Shown piece by piece: positions 38,366-51,504 of a DNA stretch of 64,000 bases. The position numbers and the translations under genes are program-made. Within the stretch, counting starts at the first letter, position 1; every line of letters begins with the position of its first letter. The stretch is from Prorocentrum cordatum (lineage: Eukaryota), in NCBI GenBank assembly GCA_963575745.1, contig CAUYUJ010000192.1:248001-312000 (forward strand), read 5' to 3'. Below the pieces are notes generated by a model. That model saw only the letters and a program-made list of their open reading frames with translations, ran no database searches and was not told the DNA's origin.

Positions 38366-39228
38366 CCTCCTCCCTCTTCCTCCCTCCTCCTCCCTCCTCC
38401 TCCTCCACGTCCTCCTCCTCCTCCTCCTCCTCCTCCTCCTCCTCCTTCTGTAGGTCCCAAGACTGCGGCCCTCTGCGGGGGAGGGCAAGACGGCGTTGGG
38501 TAACAGCTCTTCCCCCGGATGCGGCTCCAGCATGACCCCGCGGGAGCAGGCACGGCCCGAGAGCCGAGGCGAGGACGTATCAATGACCACCGCCTCGGGG
38601 ACCTGGGGGATCGATCTTCGCGGACCTGCACAGGCGGTTGATATGGATACAGTAGGAGCTCGACCACAAGAAACCTTCCACAAGAAACCCAACCCTGAGA
38701 CCTCTGGACGTCCACTGATATTGGTGCGGGGACGTCACGCTCTCCATAGCAGAACCATCGAAACCCAGGAAACTCAGGGCACCCTGGTCAAGCAGGGTGT
38801 TCCTTGGTACGGGTTTCCATGGTAAAGATTGGACAGGGACGTTTCAAAGTGAGAAGGGGCAGGCCTTCTCCCAGGGCGGCGGGGCTTCTCAAACACCCCC
38901 CGGCCTTCTGAGAAGCCGTCTGTGTCTTCGAAGAAAGCTTAGGAAACTTCTCAGACGGCCGAAGGCCTTCCGAGCCTTTACCCATTGGGCTCGCCGCCAC
39001 CGATTGTCTGATTCCAACTTGCTGAGCGTGCAATTAAGCTGCACGCTCAGCAACGGAGAACAGTGAGAGTGGGGAGGAGGAATTATCCCGGCAAAGCAAC
39101 CTAACAGCGATGTGTATCAGCATATCTGGAAGCATTCCCCTTAAGATTCAGGTGATAATCCAGTTGTAGAATTCTGCTGTTCTCGCAGTCGCAGTCGCAT
39201 TCGCAATGACAGTCGCAGTGGCAACGGC

Positions 39229-39495
39229 CTTAGGATCCAATGGAATCCTAAGGATTCCTAAGGCATCCTTAGGCATCCTTAGGAATCCATAGGAATCCTT
39301 AGGACACCTTAGGAATCCTTAGTAATCCTGATTCCTAGGGATTCCTAGGGATTCTTAAGGATTCCCAGGGAATTCTAAGGATTCCTAAGGATTCCTGAGG
39401 ATGCTTAACTATGCCTACGGATTCCTAAGGATGCCTACGGATTCCTAAGAATTCCTAGGGATTCCTAAGGATTCCTATGTATTCCTACGGATGCC
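39229..39495. repeat. 10-bp minisatellite that switches strand (CTTAGGAATC, then GATTCCTAAG)
   Basis: The two unit types are reverse complements; switch near 39330. Confidence 0.85.
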
Positions 39496-40626
39496 TCAGC
39501 CTGCCTCAGTTTCAGCCTCAGCCTCAGCCTGCCTCGGCTTACCTCAGCCTCAGCCTCAGCCTGCCTGGGCCTCGGCCTCAGCCTGCCTCAGCCTCAGCCT
39601 CAGCCTGCCTCGGCCTCAGCCTGCGTCAGCCTCAGCCTCAGCCTGCCTCAGCCTCAGCCTGCATTAGCCTCAGCCTCAGCCTCAGCCTCAGCCTCAGCCT
39701 CAGCCTCAGCCTCAGCCTGCCTCGACTTGCCTCAGCCTCAGCCTCAGCATGCCTCGGCCTCAGCCTGCCTCGGCCTCAGCCTGCCTCAGCCTCCCCTCCT
39801 CCCCCCCCCTTCCCCCCCCCATTCAGCCTCACCTTGTCTCAGCTTCGGCCTGCCTCGGCCTCAGCCTCAGCCTCAGTCTCAGCCTCAGCCTGTCTCGGCC
39901 TGAGCCTGCCTCGGCCTCAGCCTCAGCCTGCCTCAGCCTCAGCCTGCCTCAGCCTCAGCCTCAACCTGTCTCAGCCTCAGCCTGCCTCAGCATCAGCATC
40001 AGCCTCAGCCTCAGCCTCAGCCTGCATCAGCCTCAGCCTCAGCCTGCCTCAGCCGCCGCTTGCCTCAGCCTCAGCCACAGCCTCAGCCTCAGCCTCAGCC
40101 TGCCTCAGCTCCAGCCTCAGCCTCAGCCTGCCTCGGCTTGCCTCAGCCTCAGCCTCAGCCTGCCTCGGCCTCAGCCTCAGCCTCAGCCTGCCTCAGCCTC
40201 AGCGTCAGCCTCTCAGCCTCAGCCTGCATCAGCCTCAGCCTCAGCCTCAGCCTCCTCAGCCTCAGCCTCAGCCTGCCTCAGCTCCACCTCACCTCGCTGC
40301 CTCGGCTTTCACTCAGTTCTCCTCACCTCAGCCTCAGGCCTCGGCCTCAGCGTCAGCCTCAGCCTGCCTCAGCCTCAGCGTCAGCCTCTCAGCCTCAGCC
40401 TGCATCAGCCTCAGCCTCAGCCTCAGCCTGCCTCAGCCTCAGCCTCAGCCTGCCTCAGCCTCAGCCTGCCTCAGCCTCAGCCTGCATCGGCCTCAGCCTG
40501 CGTCAGCCTCAGCCTCAGCCTGCCTCAGCCTCAGCCTGCCTCGGCCTCGACCTCAGCCTGCCTGGGCGTGCCTCAGCCTCAGCCTGCCTCGGCCTCAGCC
40601 TGCCTCGGCCTCAGCCTGCCTCAGCT
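39495..40626 (+). repeat. (CTCAGC)n satellite with CTGC variants
   Basis: Direct reading. Confidence 0.95.
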
Positions 40627-40659
40627 CGGGTATTCAAAATATGGCACAGGACTGATATC

Positions 40660-41020
40660 TGGGAACACGAAGATCACGAAGTGGCCCACATGTTGGCTGC
40701 AGGCAATCAAAATATGGTACAAGAATTGTGTTCTGGAAACACGAAGAACACGAGGTGGCCTACAGTCTGTTCCGGGCATTCAAAATGTGGCCTGGGAATA
40801 GTGTTCTGGGAACACGAAGAACACGAAGTGGCCTACAGTTGGCTCCGCGCATTCAAAATGTGGCCTGGGAATGGTGTTCTGGGAACACGAAGAACACGAA
40901 GTGGCCTACAGTTGGCTCCGCGCATTCAAAATGTGGCCTGGTAGTTGTGTTCTGGGAACACGAAGAACACGAAGTGGCCTACAGTTGGCTCCGCGCATTC
41001 AAAATGTGGCCTGGGAATGG
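40660..41020 (+). repeat. ~73-bp tandem repeat, about 5 units
   Basis: Unit TGTTCTGGGAACACGAAGAACACGAAGTGGCCTACAG..TTCAAAATGTGGCCTGG. Confidence 0.9.
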
Positions 41021-41360
41021 TATTCTGTTGGCTCCGGGCAGTCAAAATGCTGCTCCTGGCAATCAAAATGGGGAGTCACCGGTTTTCCCCGGCATCCCCC
41101 GGATCCTGCCCAGACCCCTCTGGGGAATCAGGATGCTTTCTTTTGACCCCACTAGAAACCTTGTTGAGTAAAAGGAAGAGGAAGAGGATGTGGAGGATGT
41201 GTACGAGAACGCAGCGTGCAACATGCATTATACATCACAAATCGTCGCGCCTCGTCGGAAGACGCACTCTCACCCGAAACCGGCTGGACCAGTTCAGGGC
41301 GCAACAACATTATGTTGACGGCAAGGCTGCTGGATGGGTGAGCATCGCCTACCACTCATG

Positions 41361-43091
<1,731 letters not shown>

Positions 43092-43592
43092 GATAAGGAT
43101 CATAATAGTTACTCCGACGGTAGGACCCCGCATGATAATCTGTTGAGCTGACCCTTTGCCTTTTCCTCCTCCCCCTGGCGGACACCCTCTCCTCTCGCCC
43201 TCTGCACTGCCCTCGATTCCTCCTTCTATTTGTCTTCCTCTTTGTCCTCCTCCTCCTCCTTCTCCTCCTCCTCCGCCTCCTCCTCCTCCTCCTCCTCCTC
43301 CTCTCGCGCCACCTCCTCCTCGTCGTCGCCCTCCCCCGCGCCCCTTCCCTCCTCACCCTCCTGCCTCTTCTCCATGTGCACCTCCCGTTCCCCCTGGTCG
43401 TGGCAAACAACTCGATTTTCCTCGGCGCCGTCGCCGCGTCGGCCAGCACGCGCGCGTTTGCCGACGGCTAGATCGCGAAGCCGTCGGGGCAGCCCTTCGG
43501 GCCAGGCCGTTGGGACAACCTCGCAGGCCGCAGGGGCGCGGGAGCCAGCCGTTGGGACAACCCCGCGGGCCTCCAGGTGCGCGCCGCGGCGC

Positions 43593-43920
43593 TCAGGCGG
43601 GTGGCAGCACGAAACCCAGCTCTGCCGCGAGTTGCTCCGCCTCAGCCCTGGAGCCCACCGCTCTCTTGTCAAACTCCTGTAGCGCCTTCCGCAGGGACGC
43701 CGGCGGCCCGCGTTCCAGGAACTCTCGCGCGGGCGGCCGCAGGATCAGCACGTTCCGCATGCGCGTGGCGAGGGAGAACATGTCGTAGAGGTGCAGCCAC
43801 CACATCTCGTCCGACATGCCCGTGCGGCCAGCGTCCTCATCCCTGGCGCAGTCGATGGTGACGCCCTTGCGCAGCGTCTGGCCCTGCGACAGCGTGGAGG
43901 TCAGGTAGGACGCATGCGTC
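43593..43920 (-). pseudogene. C-terminal fragment of a second, distinct Pif1-like (Helitron-type) helicase
   Basis: YLTSTLSQGQTLRKGVTIDC (motif V) and LYDMFSLATRM (decayed motif VI). Confidence 0.7.
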
Positions 43921-44373
43921 AGGATGACCCGCCCGGATTCGTAACATGATCTGCGGGCCCCATAGGGAAGGGGGCTCCCGCCTGAGACTTCCTCACACTT
44001 CACTCACAGACGAGGCACCCGCTCGATACTTCTTCCATATTCAAGCCTCAGGAGCCCAAAAGTGACGACAGTTACATGTTTCAGGAGGACCCGCCTCGGA
44101 TTAATAACATGATTTGCGGGCCCCATAGGGAGGGGGTTCCCGCCTGAGACTTCCTCACAATTCACTCACAGACGAGGCTCCCGCCTGATACTGCCTCCGC
44201 AATCAAACCTCAGGAGCGCAAAAATGACGACAGTTACAGGTTTCAGGATGACCCGCTCGGATTCGTAACATGATCTGCGGGCCCCATAGGGAGGGGGCTC
44301 CCGCCTGAGACTTCCTCACAATTCACTCACAGACGAAGTTCCCGCCTGATGCTTCCTCCATATTCAGGCCTCA
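43920..44373 (+). repeat. ~162-bp tandem repeat, about 2.8 units
   Basis: TGCGGGCCCCATAGGG..CCCGCCTGAGACTTCCTCACA occurs three times. Confidence 0.9.
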
Positions 44374-44386
44374 ATTCAGCGAGTAG

Positions 44387-44420
<34 letters not shown>

Positions 44421-45116
44421 CGTTCGACGCCGATGATGGTGAGTGATTGTGGGATGGTAATGGTGATGCTAATGGTGATGATGATGATGAGTGGGGAGTG
44501 ATGATGATGGTGATGATGATGCGGAGGAGGAAGCAAAGAGGAGCAGAGGAGAGGGAGGAGGACGAGAGATCCTGCGCGGAGGGTGTGCAGAGAAAACAAG
44601 AACCCCACTTAGGATGTGGGGAAAATAATTACCGACCCCCCCCATCCCCCGTAGAATCTTAACACGGGCGGTTTGCGGGGTCCGCGGATCCGATTTCTTC
44701 CGGCTCCCTGTTTTAATTGAATAATATAAATTTCAAACAAGGTAGAAATCGGATCCGCCGTAAAAAATGAGACCGGACACGGATCCAGCGAATCCGAAAT
44801 CGGATCCGTACGGACGGAAATCGGATCCACCGAAACAACAACCAAAACCACATTTGAACCCGCGCGCGCTTCATGGGATCCGACGGCGGTTATCTCATAC
44901 GGGTCTGCTCAAGACTTCACACCGTCGTTCCGGGCCCAAGAGGAAAAAAACTTTCGTCCTGGGGATGAGCGTTTTGGTCTTCGGACTCGTTGGTTACCAT
45001 CTTGCCGGCACTCCGCGTCTCACAGGCAGTCCGTTGTTGGTAACCACACAGCCGACACACCACATCTCACAGGCAGTCCTTCGGGTGAGGAAACGCAGGG
45101 CCGAAACGCATTTACG

Positions 45117-45658
45117 CAGGACGAAAGATTTTCCTCTTGGGGTGGAAAAAAGGCCATGAGGACTTCGCGAGACAACGTCGGCGCCGCCGGACGGACGGCG
45201 ACCGGACGAGCTCTTTGCAGCAACCGGGGGGGGAGGGATGTATGTTTTCATGTTGAATGGGGCCCGCTCGCGCGGGGAGTTGATGGGAGTGCGCGAGACG
45301 ACGCAAGGCCCATCGTGGAAAATTAATTACCGAACCCCCTCATCCCCCGTAGAATCTTAACACGGGCGGTTTGCGGGGTCCGCGGATCCGATTTCTTCCG
45401 GCTCCCTGTTTTAATTTAGTAATATAAATTTCAAACAAGGTAGAAATCGGATCCGCTGTAAAAAATGAGACCGGACACGGATCCAGCGAATCCGAAATCG
45501 GATCCGTACGGACGGAAATCGGATCCACCGAAACAACAACCAAAACCACATTTGAACCCGCGCGCACTTCATGGGATCCGACGGCGGTTATCTCATACGG
45601 GTCTGATCAAGACTTCACACCGTCGTTCCGGGCCCAAGAGGAAAACACTTTCGTCCTG
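45117..45658. mobile_element. ~540-bp TIR element, with a left-truncated copy at ~44622-44967
   Basis: CAGGACGAAAGATTTTCCTCTTGGG pairs with CCCAAGAGGAAAACACTTTCGTCCTG; ~340 bp near-identical to 44622-44967. Confidence 0.7.
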
Positions 45659-46136
45659 GGGATGTACTACGACTACGACTACAACAACAACAACAACAAC
45701 AATCACTTTACCCGAACGCTCAGTGTTCTCACCAGTGCCAGGGTTTTCATGCGACGCCAGCCAATACCCCCACTTTGTGGGGGGGCAGTGCAAGCTCTAC
45801 CAAATATCCACACGACTCTTCGCCACCACCCACACCCAGCTTCCCGCCCTATGACGTTCGGACACTTCACTTCGTGGCCTGCGGACGACCGTGGCTACTA
45901 CACTGGCGTGGAGTACACACCCACAGAAGTTGTTAAGCCTACGTTCGTACACCCACAGAAGTTGTTAAGCCTTGTTAACCCACAGAAGTTGTTAAGCCTT
46001 CCACAGAACATCTGTTGCATATGATGCATATGGTACATGATACACATGATACACATGATACGTACTCACAAGATAGTTGATCACATCTTTAGGGCAAATT
46101 CCTGAGGGATGTGGGAATACACAAGAGAGAGAGGAT

Positions 46137-46347
46137 ATGGTTGTCCCGATGGTTGTCTCGATGGTTGTCCCGATGGTTGTCCTGATGGTTGTGGTTGTCC
46201 CGATCGTTGTCCCGATGATTGTCCCGATGGTTGTCCTGATGGTTGTGCTTGTCCCGATCGTTGTCCCGATGACTGTCCCGATGATTGTCCCGATGGTTGT
46301 CCCGATGGTTGTTCCGATGGTTGTCCCGATGGTTGTCCCGATGGTTG
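46137..46347 (+). repeat. 12-bp minisatellite (GATGGTTGTCCC)n
   Basis: Direct reading. Confidence 0.95.
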
Positions 46348-49300
46348 TGAGCGATGCCGGATCCTCACGCCCCCCGCCGGAGGAGGAGGAGGAGGAGGAG
46401 CAGGACAAGGAGGAAAGGAGAGAAGAGAGAACGGAAGGAGGGGCGGGAACGGCGCTTGCACGCCCACCCACCGTCTTTTCCCCGCCGCGGCTCTAAAGAG
46501 ACGAGTTCGTGTGCTCGTCATCTTCTGGCATACGCCCGTCCCTGATGGCACGGATGGGGCGCAATGCTGCCAGCTGGGCTCCTGGCAGAAATACATCAGG
46601 GGCCAAGTGTCCAAGCATGGTGCCGATACGCCTCCTCACGGATACATCGCCCGTGCGTGCGAGGGGCGATGAAAATGATTAAATTCTTAAGAAGCCCAAT
46701 GGTTTTTGGAGATTTCGGCGTGCGCGCGCGAAGAAAAAACTAATGTGTCCCGCATGGTATTATTTGACAGGGATGATGGCCCTGGCAGGTGCGCAACCGT
46801 TGTCGCAGAAGTTCGAAAAAGTTGCTCGCAAAAGCCCGTTTGACAGAAATGTTTAAAAAGTGTTGGGTTTCCTACGAATCCGCAAGAGCGCGCGGGATGA
46901 GATTTTGACAGTTTTTTGTTGAAAAACCATTGGTTTTTTGATGTTTTTATGTTAAAATCGCTGCGAACACTAAGGTTTTGGAAGGATTTCGTCTTGCGCG
47001 CGCGAATGTCCACTTTACCTTATTTTTTGCAAGGGATTCTTGAAATTTGATTATATTAGAACAAGAAATGTCATTTTCTATTGTTTTTTGCAAGGGAAAG
47101 CGGATTACAACAAAACAACCGGATCCTGTACACACCCTCTTTTCTGAGGCTTCCTCACGAAAATGATGAAAATGTAGCTGCGGCCTAGGCGGCGCAGGGG
47201 GGGCGCGCACCAGGGGGCCCAACAATAATTATTCTTTAGAATAAATAATGTTCAACAACAACAACAACTACTACTACTACTACTATTACTACTACTGTCC
47301 TGCTACTGCTACTGCTTCTGCTGCTACTTCTATTGCTACTACAACTATTACTGCTGCAGCTTCTGCTGCTGCTACCAAAGTAACACTTCCAACTGCTACG
47401 GCTACTGTCGCTAATACGGAAGCCGCTGGTACTGGTGCTACCAATGCTACGCCTGCTGCTACAACATACAAACTATTGCAACTACCGCTGCTGCCGCAAC
47501 TACTATTGCTGATACTGCTGCTACGACTGCTGTTTCGGAATGCGTCACAGACTCCTGAAATTGGGGTGCCTACCCATGATGTTGCGTCTGATGCTGTTAT
47601 TCGTGCTACTACTGCTAGCTGCAAGGCTGTCAGCGCTGTTGATACTATTCTTATTGGCGCCACTGCACCTACTGAGTCTGCTGATACTGCCACAACTGCT
47701 TCAGGTGCTACACAGACTCCTGCTACTTCTGGTGGACACAGCAAGTGGGCGATCGCGGCAGCAACGGTGGGGACAAGTGGCACAAAACGACGCAAATCAC
47801 AAACGAACAAATGTTTTGGCCGACCAGAGACAGAGGTCCTTGTCGCACACGCAACTGCTGGCAATCTAAACTGCGCTGCCCTACTGGCTCATGGCCACTG
47901 AACCAACAAACGGCTGCACCGCGGAGTCGCAACATACGCGAGCGGATTTCGCCGCCCAGACGAGGCTCATGATCAAAGCATCAACGCACCCGTGCAACAT
48001 CCTGACGAGAGAAACGGCAAGACGCCTTTGACAGTAGAGGGCCAAGAACATCCAGAGACTCTCACGAACTGGTGATTGCAATATCCCTGCCCATTCCGAT
48101 GCGGCTTCTCATAAATCCGGTGCCTAGATTTGTTCAACACGGGTTCAGTGAAATCCAGACTCTTTTACCAAGGCCGGCTCTTAATCCTGAGCCGTCTTTG
48201 ACGGTCCCGAGAATTGGGAAAGGCTCCCGCAGAGGCCGAAACCTGACAAAACCGCAGCCTTCATTTTGTCAGTACCTTGTCACAGTCCCCGCAGTTGTTG
48301 ATACGAGTGAAGGTAGACGAGCGCGTTCCAATACTCGCAAAGTAATCACTCGCAAATGGCCTGGATCCGCCGCGGGGGGCTCTACGATAGATGGCATCGA
48401 AGCAGACACGTGCATTTCGGACGTTTGCGAGTCAGGCAATTTGCGAGTAGTGGAGCGCGCTCGGTGAGAAGGGGCGCCAAGACTCGGGCGCACCACGGGT
48501 TCTGCAGAGCTGACGCAAGACCGTCCGCCGCAGGTGCCGAGTCTTTTGTGGAAGGCATCGGGGGTGGGCTGGCCCGCCGCAAGCGCCGACCTGGCTGGAG
48601 CAAATGTCGCGCGGTCGGGTCGCGCCGATGGGTCGCGGCGCGGGTGGGTCGCGGCCGGGTGGATCGCGGCGTGTGCGGGTCGCGGGTGGGTCGCGCACGG
48701 GTGGGTTGCGGGTGGGTCTCGACGCTGGCGGGTCGCGAGGCGGGGCGGATGGCGACGGCGACAACAGGAGCGATCGCAAGAGCGGCCACAATCCGCACCG
48801 CGGAAGCCAACATTGTCGCCGCACCAGGGGAGAGAGTGAGAGCGTCCGGCGCTCTCGCTCTGACACTGGAGGCACGGGCTGGAATCAGGCACCCGGTCTT
48901 ACGATCGAAGTGTAGGTTGCAATAGCGATCGTGATACGTGCCAAGAAGCCACCACGCCTGACGGATCGACCCGCCCTGGATGCCAGACGGATAATCAGAT
49001 CCAGATTTGCTCAGTGTCTAGATACCAAGCGTGTCTGAGACCAGTATCAGTCGAATGCCCAATCGCCTGGAAGCAAACTGGCAAAGCTCTGGCAGGAAGG
49101 TCAGAGTATTAGATGTACTGGATTTGAACACGCGGTCGAGTGACATTCCCCACGTAGGTCCTTCGTCTTACAGCGGGTTCGTGTCGTGACGACCCTAGCG
49201 TTGGTCTCTGACACCGCGTGTACCGATCGACCTTGAACGATCGGCGGCTTCGCGATCGCCAGATCGTTCCATATTGGCAGATTCTGGGCCAACGAGGGGG

Positions 49301-51504
49301 CCAGATTGTAAGAATGTCTCGAGCGGCGTGTTTGTCTTGGTGGTCAGGCTGGTCTGCGTTCACATCAGATTCCGAGGATGTCTCGGCGAGGCGCTGGCTT
49401 CAACACCCCCCTTTGGGGGAGGGGGGGGCGCCAGGGAGTGTCTCATTCCCCGTCCGCGCCCAGATTGTGGGGATGTCTCAAGCGGTTTGCTTATCTATCA
49501 ACCCAACATCCTCTGCGTTCGGAGCTGATTCTGAGGATGCCTCAGGCGAGGCGCTGGTTTTCGCACCCCTGGTGGGCCAGACTGCGAGGATGTCTCGAAC
49601 AACTTGCTGGTTTTAGTGACCAAGCTCGTCTCCGAACATGAATATTACTCTCCTCTCCCCTAGTGACGTACGAAAAATGTCTGGCCCCCATCCGTGAACT
49701 GTGTTTTTACACTTCGAACTCCTGGGAAGTGGGTTTTCGCTGAAGCGCTGGCCCCATGTCTTCGCCTCTGGTTGTTCCAAATCGTGATCCCGCTGCAGCG
49801 CGGGCGTGTTCGGTCCTCCCAAGGCCCCAAAAATTTAAAACATGCCCCCCCCCCCCGAAAAAAACATCGGAAGTGGTTACACGTTCGGTGTCGATTCGTT
49901 GATTTCTGGGGCCGCAGAACCCCCCACACGTTGGGGCGTCGTCGTTTTGAGGAAGTCAAGCGGGAGCCCCGTTTCTGCTCTGAGAAGGCGGTATTGAAAG
50001 CAGAGCCAGCGGGTGTTCGTTCAGCCCCGCCTTGTGTGGAGCTTTTCAGGGAGCCCAAGGAGCTAGCCTTGGAGCCACGACTACAGACCGTCCCAGACCT
50101 CTCGAAGACGATCCACTGAGCCTCCAAGGAACCCCGAACCATGCCATGACATGCTGTGCGGTGTTGGTGCGCCGCTGTGTGATGCCATGCCTTGCGTTGC
50201 AGTGTTTTGTGATGCGATGCTTCACTGCGCAATGCACGCCATGCTATGGCATGCTACGTTCCGCCGTGATCTTCTACGCCATGTCATGCCGTGCTCTACC
50301 ATGCATCGCATACCCTCTCGCGATCACTGCACTGCTCGACATCCGACTGTGCGAAAAGAGAGGACATATACGCCATGGTAAGGGATTGGAGGGGGGGGGA
50401 CGTCAGATATGGCACGAGCGCACCTAGCTTGGCATTGCCTCTCTGCATAGCTTGGCATTGCCCCTCTGCTGTGGCTCCAATCTTGAGTGTGTTACGCATG
50501 GTCCTATATATATTGGGCCTCTCCTGGGACACGAATCCCCCCTAGGAGGCCCCAGGAGGCTCCAAGAGGCTCTGGGAGGCACCACGGGGCACGGGGAGGC
50601 ACCAGGAGGCCCCAGGAGGCCCCAGGAGGCCCCAGGAGGTCCCGAGAGGCCCCAAGAGGTCCCGAGAGGCCCCAGGCGGCTCCAGGAGGCAGCAGAAGCC
50701 CCGCGAGGCTCCACGGGGCTCTAGGAAGCTCCTGGAGGAGGCTACAGGAGTGGCTCCAATCCGATGTGTTTCTCGTATGTTCCCATCGATCGGGCCTCTC
50801 CTGGGGCACAAGGATTTGCCCTTCTCCTGTGGCTCCAATGCTGAGTGCTTTCCGCATGTTCCTACCGATTGGGCCTCTCTTGGGGCACGAATCCTTGGTG
50901 CTGTACGTCTGCTCCCATAGATTGCCCTTCTCCTGTGGCTCCGATCCTGCATGTTACGTACTTATGCTCTTATTGATCGGGGCCTCTCCTCTCCGTGTGG
51001 CGTGGCTGGCTCTCTACCACGGTCCAGCCACTGCGTGAGATCTTCTGGGCCGGCCGAGAAAGCCCAAGGATTTCGCACGGCGTCTGCACGACCGCCCCTG
51101 TTCCTTGCTTCATCATGGAGGGAAGGATCGCGTGGCCATTTCGACTCGGTCACGCCGAATCATGATGAGGCCACTGACGCGCAGATACGCCCATCCTGAG
51201 CTTTGACATGATCAGACCCATTCGCATACACTCACCCGTACGACTTAGACTCATTCACACTCCGACTCATTCACAATTAGATTCACTCCTAGTCTGTCGA
51301 TGCTCAAGCCTGTTTATAGTCAAAACAAATTGCGCCTAGGCTCTCACGGGTGAAAAGGTCTCTGCAAATAGGTGCACACATGTGGAGCCCCACGCGGTAA
51401 ATCCTACATTTACTGGGACCGTCATCGGGACCCTGGACCGTCATCGGGCTCTGGGGCCCGTCATCGGGCCCCGGGACCGTGAAACATTTTTACTCAACGG
51501 CGAG

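Noticed and set aside
44622..45664. Pair of ~340-bp direct repeats as LTRs
   Set aside because: No TG..CA ends, PBS or PPT; better explained as one TIR element plus a truncated copy.
47900..49300. Possible decayed coding sequence
   Set aside because: No recognisable motif in the frames I read.
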